DNA from: an uncultured Chloroflexia bacterium
Lineage (GTDB): Bacteria; Chloroflexota; Limnocylindria; Limnocylindrales; CSP1-4
Length of the DNA stretch: 64,000 nucleotides
Direction: 5' to 3'
Assembly: GCA_963749705.1 (NCBI GenBank)
Contig: CAVVNQ010000015.1
Coordinates: forward strand, 96,001-160,000
A model generated the notes under the pieces. That model was not told where the DNA came from. It did no database searches and saw only the letters and a program-made list of their open reading frames with translations. The number at the start of each line of letters is the position of its first letter. Within the stretch, counting starts at the first letter, position 1. Positions 33,663 through 43,232 of this stretch are shown here, one piece after another. The position numbers were made by a program, and so were the translations under genes.

Positions 33663-33985
33663 GTCGCACCCCGCAGGACGCCGGCGACTGCGTCGGAGAA
33701 CTGATCCCAGGCGCGACGCTCGTCCCCGAGCGCACCCCGGCCGCTTTCGGTGAGGCGATAGGTTCGCCGCCGCCTGCCCTGGACCTCCGACCACTCGCTC
33801 GACAGGTAGCCGGCCTGTTCGAGCCGGTGCAGGGCCGGGTACACGGTGCCCTCGGGGAGGTCGAACGCCTGCCCGCTGCGCTCGCGAAGCGCATCGATGA
33901 TGGCGTAGCCGTGCTTGGCGCCGTCCGCGAGCGCGGCCATCAGCAGCAGGTCCAGATGTCCCTTGAGCGCCTGTCCTCGGTCCAT
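33644..33985 (-). CDS. PadR family regulator
   Basis: LKGHLDLLL, HGYAI, EGTVYPALHRLE and RRRTYRLT motifs. Confidence 0.93.
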   Translation of the reverse strand: MDRGQALKGHLDLLLMAALADGAKHGYAIIDALRERSGQAFDLPEGTVYPALHRLEQAGYLSSEWSEVQGRRRRTYRLTESGRGALGDERRAWDQFSDAVAGVLRGATWPGTS

Positions 33986-34022
33986 GCCTAGGGATCCTAT
34001 ACTAAGGTAAGCTAGGCGTCAA
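33986..34022 (-). promoter_or_regulatory. Sigma-70 promoter of padR (leaderless) with operator
   Basis: TTGACG-N17-TAGGAT-N8-ATG on the minus strand; GCCTAG...CTAGGC inverted repeat. Confidence 0.7.
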
Positions 34023-34085
34023 CCGGGTGGGAAGGCTGTCAGCGACACCGTGAGGCATCCGCACGCCGGCGAGCCGGCGCCCGGG

Positions 34086-34703
34086 TCAGCCGCCGGGCGG
34101 CTGGTTCCTGCGCATCGCTCCGATCATGAGCACGACGCCCAGCCCGATCACCACGACCGGCCACAGCAGGTTCCAGTCCACGTCCACGTACTGGTCCACC
34201 AGGAACCATGCGCCGAGCAGGATGAGGACGGCCCCGAACACGATCCCGGCGTTCCCCGAGTCGACCCTGCGCGGCGTCCAGTCCGGCGCTGGCTGGGCCC
34301 CCGGACTCCAGGAGGTCCCCTCGCCGGCCTGCCAGCCCGGTACGGCACCCGGCTGCGGTGCCGACGGCGGCGGGCTTCCGGCCTGCCAGCCGGGAACGGC
34401 GCCCGTGCCGGGGTCGGGCTGCGACGATGCCGGCGGAGGGCCGCCCGCCTGCCAGCCCGAGCCGCTCGAGGGCCATACCGGCGCGGAGCCTGCCCGTGGG
34501 CGCGGCACCCATCCGACCGGTGGCAGCGGCACCACGATCATCATCACGAGATAGACGAGCACGAAGATGCCGCCCGACAGGATGGCGAGCAGGACCCACG
34601 CGATCCGTACGAGGGAAGGATCCAGGTTGAGATAGACCGCAAGCCCGCCGGCCACGCCGGCGATGACGCGGTCGCTGGGAGAGCGATAGAGCCGATCAGT
34701 CAC
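34086..34703 (-). CDS. pspC: PspC-domain protein with Pro/Trp-rich linker and LiaF-TM-like C-terminus
   Basis: LYRSPSDRVIAGVAGGLA; repeated GWQAG; LLWPVVVIGLG. Confidence 0.88.
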   Translation of the reverse strand: MTDRLYRSPSDRVIAGVAGGLAVYLNLDPSLVRIAWVLLAILSGGIFVLVYLVMMIVVPLPPVGWVPRPRAGSAPVWPSSGSGWQAGGPPPASSQPDPGTGAVPGWQAGSPPPSAPQPGAVPGWQAGEGTSWSPGAQPAPDWTPRRVDSGNAGIVFGAVLILLGAWFLVDQYVDVDWNLLWPVVVIGLGVVLMIGAMRRNQPPGG

Positions 34704-35673
34704 AGCCGGCCTCCGGGTTGAGGGTGATGCTGCCAGCGTTGGCGCTGGTCGCAAGATCGATGCGATTGGTCGCGGTGTCGTAGCCGGGGCTCGTCCAGGT
34801 GTGTCCGTTCCTCACCAGGCCGCGCTGGTCGAAGTTGTTCGATGACAGCGGGTTGTCGGATCCGCGCAGGCGCAGCGCGACGCCATCGGGGACGCAGACG
34901 TCGATCGAGCCCGCGTTGGCCGAGATGCTGCCGGTCAGCGAGGCGGCCGGCAGGCGCAGCTTGAGCGACCCCGCATTGGCCGAGGCATCAAGCTGGCCGA
35001 CCTGCGCGGCCTCGGACAGGTCGAGCCTGATCTCGCCGGCGTTGACACTCACCGTGATGTCCGGGACGCGTGCGTTGGCGAGGTTCAGCCGCGCCGAAGC
35101 GGCATTGATGGCGACCTTGAGCTCGGTCACCGGGTCCGTCGGGAGCGTGACGTGCCACTGGTCGCCGCGACGGGTGAACCCGATCCCGGTGCGATTTCGC
35201 GACCGGACCTGGAGGCGATCGGCGGACGACTGGACGACCGGGCCCTGCCCGTCGTTGTCGCTGCCGGCGATGACCCACCCGGTGCCGGCAGCCGTCACGA
35301 CGTCCAGCTCGCCGCAGTTGAGCTCGATGTCGACGGTCGGGCTCGTCCCCAGCGCCCCCGTCTGCGTGGAGAACGCGGTCCCCTGGGCGCCATCCCCGAA
35401 GGTGCAGTTGGCAAAGCCACCTTCGACCCCGACGCTCAGGATGCTGCCACCGATAAGGCCGAACGTGATCGAGACCACGAGTCCGCCCACGACGGCGAGC
35501 TGCGTTCGCTGGAGGACCAGCCCGAGCCCGATCCCGACCAGGATCAGCGGCCACAGCTCCCACGCCCGGCGGACGGTATCTGTATCCAGGTAGCCCGCCC
35601 GGACGGCGAGCGGAACGGCTCCCAGGACGATGAGGAACACACCCCACCGCAGCAGGCCACGGTCAATTCGCAT
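34696..35673 (-). CDS. LiaF-TM (DUF5668-like) plus beta-repeat extracellular domain protein
   Basis: WGVFLIVLG..LWPLILVGIG, then repeated NAG beta strands. Confidence 0.75.
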   Translation of the reverse strand: MRIDRGLLRWGVFLIVLGAVPLAVRAGYLDTDTVRRAWELWPLILVGIGLGLVLQRTQLAVVGGLVVSITFGLIGGSILSVGVEGGFANCTFGDGAQGTAFSTQTGALGTSPTVDIELNCGELDVVTAAGTGWVIAGSDNDGQGPVVQSSADRLQVRSRNRTGIGFTRRGDQWHVTLPTDPVTELKVAINAASARLNLANARVPDITVSVNAGEIRLDLSEAAQVGQLDASANAGSLKLRLPAASLTGSISANAGSIDVCVPDGVALRLRGSDNPLSSNNFDQRGLVRNGHTWTSPGYDTATNRIDLATSANAGSITLNPEAGCD

Positions 35674-35855
35674 GGTCGCACCCTCTCAACCCTCGACGCA
35701 CGCCCATCATCGCGAATCCGCGCGTCGCGCGACAGTCCCGTTGTCACCTCGATGTCACCTCCCGGTCCCGGCCGGATTGGCCATCCCTCCTCCGCGCGAC
35801 GGAGTTCGGTAGCCTTGTCGAGACCGCCGTCCGCGCGGTCGATCGAGGAGCCGTG

Positions 35856-36524
35856 ATGCCGGAGCGCCGCACCGTGGACGCCGTCCTGTTCGATCTCGAC
35901 GGGGTTCTGGTGGATACCGAGCCGTGGTGGGACGAGGTGCGTCACGCGTTCGCGGTCGAGCACGGTCGGGCGTGGACCGACGCCGATCAGCGGGCGGTGA
36001 TGGGCGCCAACACCCGTCAGTGGGCGGCGATCATGCGGGAGCGTCTGGCGCTGACGGACGTCAGCGTCGACGCCATCGCGGGCGCGATCGTCGATGGCGT
36101 GCTCGCGCGGTATCGGGATGGCGCCCCCCGGGTCCTCCCCGGCGCCGTCGAGGCCGTCCGCCGGATCGCGTCGCACCGTCCTGTGGCGATCGCATCGTCG
36201 TCGCATCCCGTGCTCATCGAGGCGGCGGTCGACGCCCTCGACCTGGGCGACGTTCTCGGGGCCGCCGTGTCGTCCGATGAGGTCTCCCACGGCAAGCCCG
36301 CCCCGGACGTCTATCTGCTCGCGGGCTCGCGGCTGGGCGTCGAACCCGGGCGCTGCCTGGTCGTCGAGGACTCGCTCAACGGCGTCCGCGCCGGCAAGGC
36401 GGCGGGCATGACGGTGATCCTGGTCCCGAACCCGAGCGTGCCGCCGGCGGCCGGCGCGGAGGCGCTCGCGGATCTCGTGATCGAGCGCCTCGACGACCTC
36501 GATCCCGACGCGATCGAGCGCTGA
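35856..36524 (+). CDS. HAD-family phosphatase
   Basis: FDLDGVLVDTE, ASSS, GKPAPD and VEDSLNG motifs. Confidence 0.93.
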   Translation: MPERRTVDAVLFDLDGVLVDTEPWWDEVRHAFAVEHGRAWTDADQRAVMGANTRQWAAIMRERLALTDVSVDAIAGAIVDGVLARYRDGAPRVLPGAVEAVRRIASHRPVAIASSSHPVLIEAAVDALDLGDVLGAAVSSDEVSHGKPAPDVYLLAGSRLGVEPGRCLVVEDSLNGVRAGKAAGMTVILVPNPSVPPAAGAEALADLVIERLDDLDPDAIER

Positions 36525-36555
36525 CCCGGGCGACGGCGGGCGCATACTGTCTGGC

Positions 36556-37314
36556 GTGGCCAGCCCTGCGGCGACCGGCCCCGTCCACCGGCCCTACCGC
36601 TTCCAATTCGTCCAGGTCGTCCTGACCGCGGTCGTGCGGCTCATCCTCCGGGTGCGTGTCGAGGGTCGACCGAACCTCGCGACCGGACCGGCGATCTACT
36701 GCTTCAATCACCTCAACTGGGCCGATCCGATCATCCTGCTGACCGTCCTGCCGGGGCGCCCGAGGCTGGCGATGTTCGGCCCCAAGGAGGCCGACATGCG
36801 TCGCGGCGCGCGAAACCGCCTGATCATGTGGGCGGGGTTCGGGATCCCGTACAAGCCCGACAAGCACGACCTGATCGAGATCACCCGCCGTGTGCAGCGG
36901 ATCCTCGAGGACGGATGGGTGATCGTGATCGCCGGGGAGGGCCGGATCCATCGCGGGGAGCGCGAGCTGCTGCCCCTGGCGGGCGGCACCGCCTACTTCG
37001 CGCTGCGCGCCGGCGTCCCGATCATCCCCGTCGCCATCAACGGCAGCAGCTGGCTCGGGTTCCGGCGCCTGGTCAGGATCCGGATCGGCGAGCCGATCGC
37101 CCCGGAGGGTCGGGCGACCCGCGAGCACGTGGCGGCCATCACCGCCCGGACGGAGGCGGCGCTCCGGGCCATGACCTCGGACTTCGCCGATCCGGGCGAG
37201 CCCGGCCGCTTCGGCCGATGGCTGACCGAGCTGTTCAACGACTGGCCGGAGGGTGCCCGCCCGACCCTCGGGGCAGGCGATGCCGCCGCGACGGGGCAGG
37301 GGAGCGCAGGCTGA
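36556..37314 (+). CDS. Lysophospholipid acyltransferase (PlsC family)
   Basis: NHLNWAD (HxxxxD), AGEGR and VPIIPVAING motifs. Confidence 0.88.
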   Translation: MASPAATGPVHRPYRFQFVQVVLTAVVRLILRVRVEGRPNLATGPAIYCFNHLNWADPIILLTVLPGRPRLAMFGPKEADMRRGARNRLIMWAGFGIPYKPDKHDLIEITRRVQRILEDGWVIVIAGEGRIHRGERELLPLAGGTAYFALRAGVPIIPVAINGSSWLGFRRLVRIRIGEPIAPEGRATREHVAAITARTEAALRAMTSDFADPGEPGRFGRWLTELFNDWPEGARPTLGAGDAAATGQGSAG

Positions 37315-37373
37315 CTTCCGGCTGACCCCCGGGTGTGGCATCCTGCTGCCGACGACCTGACGCAGGAGGATCC

Positions 37374-37739
37374 GTGGAAGCAACCGGCCTTTCCGCCGAC
37401 GCCAAGGAGTACCGCGCCCGCCTTGCGGAGCAATCGGACGCCCAGATCGACTCCTGGGCCGCGGAGCTGATGCGCGACATCGCCATCCGCCGCGGCGTCG
37501 TGCGCGTCGTCGAGGACTTCCGGGCCGCGGCCGGGCTCGATCCGCGGGCATTCGAACGGGTGTTCGCTTCCGGCGGCGGGCCGCCCGATGTGGTGGGACG
37601 CACCGCCGCGGGCAAGCTCATGGTCCCGGCGACGACCCTGTGGGCGCTGGTCCCGGGCATCCGGACGCAGGTCGCAGACGGCCGCGAGCGCCTGATCGCC
37701 TACCTCGTCGCCAACTTCGACGAGCTCGTCTACGTCTGA
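37374..37739 (+). CDS. Hypothetical protein
   Basis: AGGAGG RBS before the GTG; typical codon usage. Confidence 0.7.
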   Translation: MEATGLSADAKEYRARLAEQSDAQIDSWAAELMRDIAIRRGVVRVVEDFRAAAGLDPRAFERVFASGGGPPDVVGRTAAGKLMVPATTLWALVPGIRTQVADGRERLIAYLVANFDELVYV

Positions 37740-37821
37740 CGAACCGGCCGGCGCGCTCGACGTCATCGAGATCGCGACCGACCTGCCGTCCATCCCGGCA
37801 GCCGCTCGCCTGGCGGGCGCA

Positions 37822-38667
37822 TTGAGGCTGGTCCACCCGTTCCCCTCGGTGCTCAACGGCGTCGTCGTGGCGCTGGTTGCGGCGGTGGCCGGGGGAGCAC
37901 CCGAGCGGGCGGCCATGCTGGGCATCTCGATGACGCTGCTGCAGTTCTCGATCGGGGCCCTCAACGACGTGACCGATATCCATCGCGATGCGGACCGCTC
38001 GCGCGACAAGCCCATCCCGGGCGGCGTCGTGTCCGAGCCCGTCGCGCGAGCCGTGGTCGCCGCGTGCGCCGCGGCAGGTCTCGGGCTTGCGCTCATCGCA
38101 GGCCCCGCGCTGCTGCTGCTGGCGGTGGTCGGCCTCGCCACGGGCGTGGTCTACGACCTGAGGGTCCGTGGGACGACCCTGTCGTGGCTCCCGATCGCGG
38201 TCGGGATCCCGCTGCTCCCCGTATACGGCTGGTTCGGGGCGACCGGGACGCTGCCTGGCGTGTTCCTCGTGCTCGTGCCGGCCGCAGCCAACGCCGGGAC
38301 CGCGCTTGCCATCGCCAACGCCATCGTCGACATGGAACACGACGAGACGGCCGGGAACGGCTCGATCGCTCTCGCGCTCGGGGCAGGCCTCGCGTCCGCG
38401 CTGGTCCTCGCCCTGCATGCCGTCGTCGCGGCGCTGGCGCTCGGGACGGCCGTGGTGCTCGGTGCCCCGGGAGGCTGGCTGGCGGCCATGCTGCTCGCCG
38501 CCGGGGCGCCGATCGCGGGGGCGTTGGTGGGGATCGGCGGCGCGGTCCGCCGCAGCCCAACGCTCCACGAGCTGGCCTGGGAGATCCAGGCACTCGGCAC
38601 CGGGCTGCTGGCGGTCGCCTGGCTGGGTGCGCTGAGCGCCTCGAGCAGTCCCATGGCGGGCGCCTGA
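37822..38667 (+). CDS. UbiA family prenyltransferase
   Basis: RLVHPFP, NDVTDIHRD..DKPIPGG and NAIVDMEHD motifs; multi-TM. Start uncertain. Confidence 0.85.
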   Translation: MRLVHPFPSVLNGVVVALVAAVAGGAPERAAMLGISMTLLQFSIGALNDVTDIHRDADRSRDKPIPGGVVSEPVARAVVAACAAAGLGLALIAGPALLLLAVVGLATGVVYDLRVRGTTLSWLPIAVGIPLLPVYGWFGATGTLPGVFLVLVPAAANAGTALAIANAIVDMEHDETAGNGSIALALGAGLASALVLALHAVVAALALGTAVVLGAPGGWLAAMLLAAGAPIAGALVGIGGAVRRSPTLHELAWEIQALGTGLLAVAWLGALSASSSPMAGA

Positions 38668-38859
38668 GGCGTCGGGACCCGAGGCGTCGGGCCCCCGCGG
38701 CCGGGCCCGCGGGTGCGTCCGCGACGCCCGACGCCGGTCCGGTGTTGCGCGCACGCGCACACCGTCGTCCGGGGTGCGCAGGACGGATGTACCCCTAACG
38801 ACCTTCACGGCTGACTCGTTACCATGAGCACAGCCACCTTGAACCGAGGTTTTCTATTG

Positions 38860-39414
38860 ATGACTGACCTGACTCGCCGCTTCCGTGGCCTTGGGATCGC
38901 ATTCGTCGTCCTTGCGCTCTCGGCTGGCGCCGTGTTCGCCACCTCGCCGGGCCTGCCGTCCCAGGCAAACGATCACGCGAGGACGGCAGCCGACCAGACC
39001 GGGGCGGACGACGGCAGCGAGGCGCCCGAGTCGGAGGCTCCTGAGTCCGAGGCGCCCGAGTCCGAGGCGCCCGAGTCAGAGGCGCCGAAGGTCGACGCTC
39101 CGGCCTCCGACGCTGCCCCCAGCGACAACCACGGCGCTCTCGTCTCGACGGCGGCGCAGATGGACACGCCCGACGGGTTCCCGAACCACGGTGCGTTCGT
39201 GTCGTGCGTCGCCCACATGAAGGACGTGTCGGCCGTCGGGTTCGACTGGACGACCGTGACACCGGAGCTGTGCGGGATCACCACCCCCGACGCTCAGACC
39301 CAGGCGGACAGCCAGACGAAGGCAGACGCCGGCAAGGCGAAGGGCGCCGCGGGCAAGGCCAAGGGCCACGCGAAGCGAGCAGCGGCCGCAGCCCTGGCTG
39401 CCTCGCACCACTGA
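38860..39414 (+). CDS. Secreted low-complexity protein with EAPES repeats
   Basis: GAGGT RBS; signal peptide ending AVFA; two NHGAxVS motifs. Confidence 0.7.
   Translation: MTDLTRRFRGLGIAFVVLALSAGAVFATSPGLPSQANDHARTAADQTGADDGSEAPESEAPESEAPESEAPESEAPKVDAPASDAAPSDNHGALVSTAAQMDTPDGFPNHGAFVSCVAHMKDVSAVGFDWTTVTPELCGITTPDAQTQADSQTKADAGKAKGAAGKAKGHAKRAAAAALAASHH
39019..39087 (+). repeat. 15-bp coding tandem repeat (EAPES, ~4.5 copies)
   Basis: GAGGCNCCNGAGTCN units. Confidence 0.85.
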
Positions 39415-39454
39415 CCATGACCGGCCCTCGGGCCGGGACCCCCAGAGAATCGAT

Positions 39455-39481
39455 GAAGCCGGCGCCGATGGCGCCGGCTTC
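39455..39481. terminator. Hairpin between convergent genes
   Basis: GAAGCCGGCGCC-GAT-GGCGCCGGCTTC, a perfect 12-bp stem. Confidence 0.7.
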
Positions 39482-39508
39482 GATGTTCCCGCGGGGAGCC
39501 GCTGCAAC

Positions 39509-40516
39509 CTAGCGATCGGTGTCCCCGCTGCGGACCACGGCGATGGCGTTCTCGAGCCGCAGCTTCGCGATCGTCAGGTACTTCGCGAGATTGCTCCGGT
39601 CGATGGGGCCGATCGCGTCGAGGACCTCCGGGTTGCGGAGCATGTCCAGGAAGTCCTCGACCGCCTCGTTGAGCTGCTGCTTGGCGGTGACGAGCGAGTC
39701 ATCGCGCATGGGCGTCGCGGGCCGCGTTCCGTGTCCTGCCCAGTCACCCGCCTCCGCGTCCGGGATGTCGGTGGCCGCGACATCCGGCTGGTCCGTCGTC
39801 TCGGCCGGCAGCCTGGCCGGCCGGCCCTCGATCCGCTCACGGAGCTTGACCAGGGACAGCTCGTTGCGGGCGACCTGGTCGGCCAGCCGGCGGCGCTTCT
39901 TGGGGTCCTGGACCTTCATCAGCTCGTAGGCGTGGGACAGCGTGTCCTTGCGCAAAGACACGAGCTCGCGGACCTCGGGCGGTGCGTCGGCCAGCCGGAG
40001 CCGGTTCTCGAGATATCCCTTGTCCTTGCCCAGCTTCTCGGCGAGTCTGCGGATGCTGTATCCGTGGTCCCGGATCATGCGGTCGTACATCGCCGCCTCG
40101 TCGAGCGGCGAGATGTCCTCGCGCTGGAGGTTCTCGATGATCGAGATCTCGAGCGCCGTATCGTCGTCGATGTCCTCGACCAGCGCGGGGATCGTCGGGC
40201 GCCCTGCGATCTTCGAGGCTCGCCATCGGCGTTCGCCGGCGATCAGCTGGTAGCGCCCGTCGTCGAGCGGGCGAACGAGGATCGGCTGGAGCACACCATG
40301 CTCGCGGATCGACGCGGCCAGCTCCTCGAGCGTCGCCTCGTCGAACGCGAGGCGCGGCTGCTCCGGATTGGAATCGATGTGATCCGTCTCGATCACCTTC
40401 ACGCCGGTCGACCTGCGGTTCATGTCCGGCGACAGGAGGCTGACGATCGCGGGCGGAAGCTCCCGATCCTCGGACAGTCGGCGGGCGGCGGCGGCGCGGA
40501 AATCAGGCCTGGCCAA
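39509..40516 (-). CDS. parB: ParB/Spo0J partition protein
   Basis: [22 protein letters not shown] (CTP-binding), IENLQRED and an HTH. Confidence 0.95.
   Translation of the reverse strand: MARPDFRAAAARRLSEDRELPPAIVSLLSPDMNRRSTGVKVIETDHIDSNPEQPRLAFDEATLEELAASIREHGVLQPILVRPLDDGRYQLIAGERRWRASKIAGRPTIPALVEDIDDDTALEISIIENLQREDISPLDEAAMYDRMIRDHGYSIRRLAEKLGKDKGYLENRLRLADAPPEVRELVSLRKDTLSHAYELMKVQDPKKRRRLADQVARNELSLVKLRERIEGRPARLPAETTDQPDVAATDIPDAEAGDWAGHGTRPATPMRDDSLVTAKQQLNEAVEDFLDMLRNPEVLDAIGPIDRSNLAKYLTIAKLRLENAIAVVRSGDTDR
39941..39962. other. Putative parS-like palindrome, copy 1 (inside parB)
   Basis: CGTGTCCTTGCGCAAAGACACG, 22 bp with one mismatch. Confidence 0.7.
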
Positions 40517-41279
40517 GTTCGATCACCTCCCGGGCGAGTTCGCGGTAGCTGCGAGCGGCTTCGGACGATCCGGCGTACGACGTGATGGGACGCCCGGCAA
40601 GCGGCGCCTCGCCCAGCTTCACGGTGTTGCGGATGATGGTGGTGAACACGTGGTGGTCACCCACCACTCGCAGCTCGTCGAGCATGTCCCGCGCCAGGTT
40701 GGTCCGGCCGTCGTAGAACGTCGGCAGCAGGCCCAGGATCCGGAGGTCCCGGTTGAGCTTCAGCCGGATCGCGTTGATGACCTTGACCAGGTTGTTGAGT
40801 CCCTTCATCGCGTAGAACTGCGTCTGGACGGGAATGATCACGCTGTCGGCGGCTGCCAGGCCATTGACCGTCAGGAGACCGAGGTTGGGCGGACAGTCGA
40901 TCAGCACGTAGTCGTACGGGTCGACCGCGTCGCGCATCGCCTCGCGCAGGATCTGCTCACGGCCCAACGCGGTGAACAGTTCGCCCTCGGTGCTGGCGAG
41001 GTCGATGTGCGCCGGTGCGACATCGATGCCGGCCGTCTCGGTCGCGAGGATCACCTCGGGGAGCGTCGATCGCCCGTCGGCGAGGACATCGGCCATGGAT
41101 CGCTGGACGGTGTTGAGGTTGACGCCCAGCCCCGCGGTGAGGTTCGCCTGCGGATCCATGTCGATCAGGAGCACTCGGCAGCCCTCCTCGGCCAGCGCTC
41201 CCGCAAGGTTGATCGCGGTCGTTGTCTTGCCAACGCCACCCTTCTGGTTGGCGATCGCGATCACGTGCGACAAGGACAT
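40503..41279 (-). CDS. parA: ParA/Soj ATPase
   Basis: [19 protein letters not shown] and IDCPP motifs. The start may be the TTG at 41273. Confidence 0.96.
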   Translation of the reverse strand: MSLSHVIAIANQKGGVGKTTTAINLAGALAEEGCRVLLIDMDPQANLTAGLGVNLNTVQRSMADVLADGRSTLPEVILATETAGIDVAPAHIDLASTEGELFTALGREQILREAMRDAVDPYDYVLIDCPPNLGLLTVNGLAAADSVIIPVQTQFYAMKGLNNLVKVINAIRLKLNRDLRILGLLPTFYDGRTNLARDMLDELRVVGDHHVFTTIIRNTVKLGEAPLAGRPITSYAGSSEAARSYRELAREVIELGQA

Positions 41280-41371
41280 CACCTCGAAATGGAACAGCTG
41301 CGGCGCGGGGCCGGATTGCAGCGGGGGTGGTGCGAATGCTACCGCGAGGGCGTCGCCCTGCGGACGCGAGG

Positions 41372-41413
41372 TTGTCCACACAATGACCCAGTTGTGCACC
41401 GTTCTGTGGATAT
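41372..41413. promoter_or_regulatory. Cluster of three DnaA-box-like 9-mers upstream of parA
   Basis: TTGTCCACA at 41372, TTGTGCACC at 41392 and TGTGGATAT at 41405 (reverse orientation). Confidence 0.6.
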
Positions 41414-41581
41414 CCGTGGCCCGCGCATGCGCCACGGGCGCGGGTCGAAATGCACCTGTAACACCTCGTTGATCCAGCGCGAACAATGATGGGCCCATCG
41501 ACGGCAATGCCCGTGACGCGGGTCGACGCTGCCCAGGCCGCGAGCCGCGCGTGCCCGAGGCCTATGATTGGGGCGTCCCGC

Positions 41582-41599
41582 CGTCTTTGCGCAAGGACG
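41582..41599. other. Putative parS-like palindrome, copy 2
   Basis: CGTCTTTGCGCAAGGACG, downstream of TATGAT (41563). Confidence 0.7.
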
Positions 41600-41630
41600 C
41601 GCGTTCACGCCATCGGAGGAGTCCAGCGAC

Positions 41631-43184
41631 GTGCCCAACAACGCGGATCGGATCGCCCGGCTCGAGCGGATGCGCGCGGAGGCGCTCCAGGGTGGCGGCC
41701 CGGTGCGGATCGAGCGACAGCATGCCTGGGGAAAGCTGACGGCCCGGGAGCGGCTCGACCTGTTGCTCGACGCCGGCTCGTTCGTCGAGATGGATGCGTT
41801 CGTGATGCCGCGCGCCACGGCGACGGGTCTCGATCGCCAGCAGTTTCTGGGCGATGGGGTGGTCACCGGTCACGGCACGATCGACGGACGACTGGTGTTC
41901 GTGTTCAGCCAGGACTTCACGGTGTTCGGTGGGTCGCTGTCGGAGGCGTACGCCGAGAAGATCTGCAAGGTCATGGATCTCGCGATGAAGGTGGGCGCAC
42001 CGGTCATCGGGCTCAACGACTCCGGCGGTGCGAGGATCCAGGAGGGCGTCGCGTCGCTCGGTGGCTACGCCGAGATCTTCCTGCGCAACGTGATGGCATC
42101 CGGGGTGGTGCCCCAGATCTCCGTCATCCTAGGCCCGTGCGCGGGCGGTGCCGTCTACTCGCCCGCGATGACCGACTTCACCGTGATGGTGGAGGGGACG
42201 AGCTACATGTTCGTGACCGGTCCCAACGTGGTCAAGGCGGTCACCCACGAAGAGGTCGACTCCGAGGCGCTGGGCGGCGCCGCGGTGCACACGGGTCGCA
42301 GCGGGGTCGCGCACCTCGCGGCACGCGACGAGGCGGAGGCGATGGACTACGCCCGCCGAGTCCTCGCATATCTGCCGCAGAACAACCTGTCGGATCCGCC
42401 GCGCGCGGAAGCGAGCGATCCGCGCAACCGCATGGACCCGGAGCTCGATGCGGTGGTCCCGGACGAGCCCTCGAGGCCGTACGACATGCACGAGGTCCTG
42501 CGCCGTGTCGTCGACGACGGTGACTTCCTCGAGATCCAGCCGGCATGGGCGGGCAACATCATCGTCGGGTTCGCGCGGCTGGGCGGCCGGCCGGCCGGGA
42601 TCGTTGCGCAGCAGCCCGCCGTCCTTGCCGGCGCCCTGGACATCGACGCGTCGAACAAGGCCGCGCAATTCGTCCGGACGTGTGATGCGTTCAACGTGCC
42701 GCTGGTCACGTTCGTCGACGTGCCGGGGTTCCTGCCGGGCGTCGGCCAGGAGCACAACGGGATCATCAAGCACGGAGCCAAGCTGCTGTACGCGTACTGC
42801 GAGGCGACGGTCCCCAAGGTGACCGTCATCACGCGCAAGGCGTACGGCGGCGCCTACGACGTCATGAGCAGCAAGCACATCCGCGGCGACATGAACTTCG
42901 CGTGGCCGACGGCGGAGATCGCGGTGATGGGCGCCGAGGGCGCGGTCAACATCATCTTCAAGGACTCGATCGCGGGAGCGGACGATCCCGCGGCCGAGCG
43001 CAGTCGGCTGGTGGCGGAGTATGAGGACGAGTTCTCCAACCCGTACATCGCCGCGGGTCGCGGGTACATTGACGAGGTGATCCTTCCGCACGAGACGCGA
43101 CCGCGCCTGATCCGGGCGCTCGAGGTCCTCGCCGACAAGCGCGACACCAACCCGAAGAAGAAGCATGGCAACATCCCGCTCTGA
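41631..43184 (+). CDS. pccB: Acyl(propionyl)-CoA carboxylase beta subunit
   Basis: [33 protein letters not shown] and KKHGNIPL motifs. Confidence 0.93.
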   Translation: MPNNADRIARLERMRAEALQGGGPVRIERQHAWGKLTARERLDLLLDAGSFVEMDAFVMPRATATGLDRQQFLGDGVVTGHGTIDGRLVFVFSQDFTVFGGSLSEAYAEKICKVMDLAMKVGAPVIGLNDSGGARIQEGVASLGGYAEIFLRNVMASGVVPQISVILGPCAGGAVYSPAMTDFTVMVEGTSYMFVTGPNVVKAVTHEEVDSEALGGAAVHTGRSGVAHLAARDEAEAMDYARRVLAYLPQNNLSDPPRAEASDPRNRMDPELDAVVPDEPSRPYDMHEVLRRVVDDGDFLEIQPAWAGNIIVGFARLGGRPAGIVAQQPAVLAGALDIDASNKAAQFVRTCDAFNVPLVTFVDVPGFLPGVGQEHNGIIKHGAKLLYAYCEATVPKVTVITRKAYGGAYDVMSSKHIRGDMNFAWPTAEIAVMGAEGAVNIIFKDSIAGADDPAAERSRLVAEYEDEFSNPYIAAGRGYIDEVILPHETRPRLIRALEVLADKRDTNPKKKHGNIPL

Positions 43185-43196
43185 CGACGACGCGGT

Positions 43197-43212
43197 GTCG
43201 TTGCGCAAAGAC
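43197..43212. other. Putative parS-like palindrome, copy 3 (intergenic)
   Basis: GTCGTTGCGCAAAGAC. Confidence 0.65.
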
Positions 43213-43232
43213 GCCCGCGCCGGGTCCGCCCG

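Noticed and set aside
10983-35700. Integrative island at tRNA-Asn
   Set aside because: No integrase, no duplicated tRNA 3' end seen, and no evident compositional shift.
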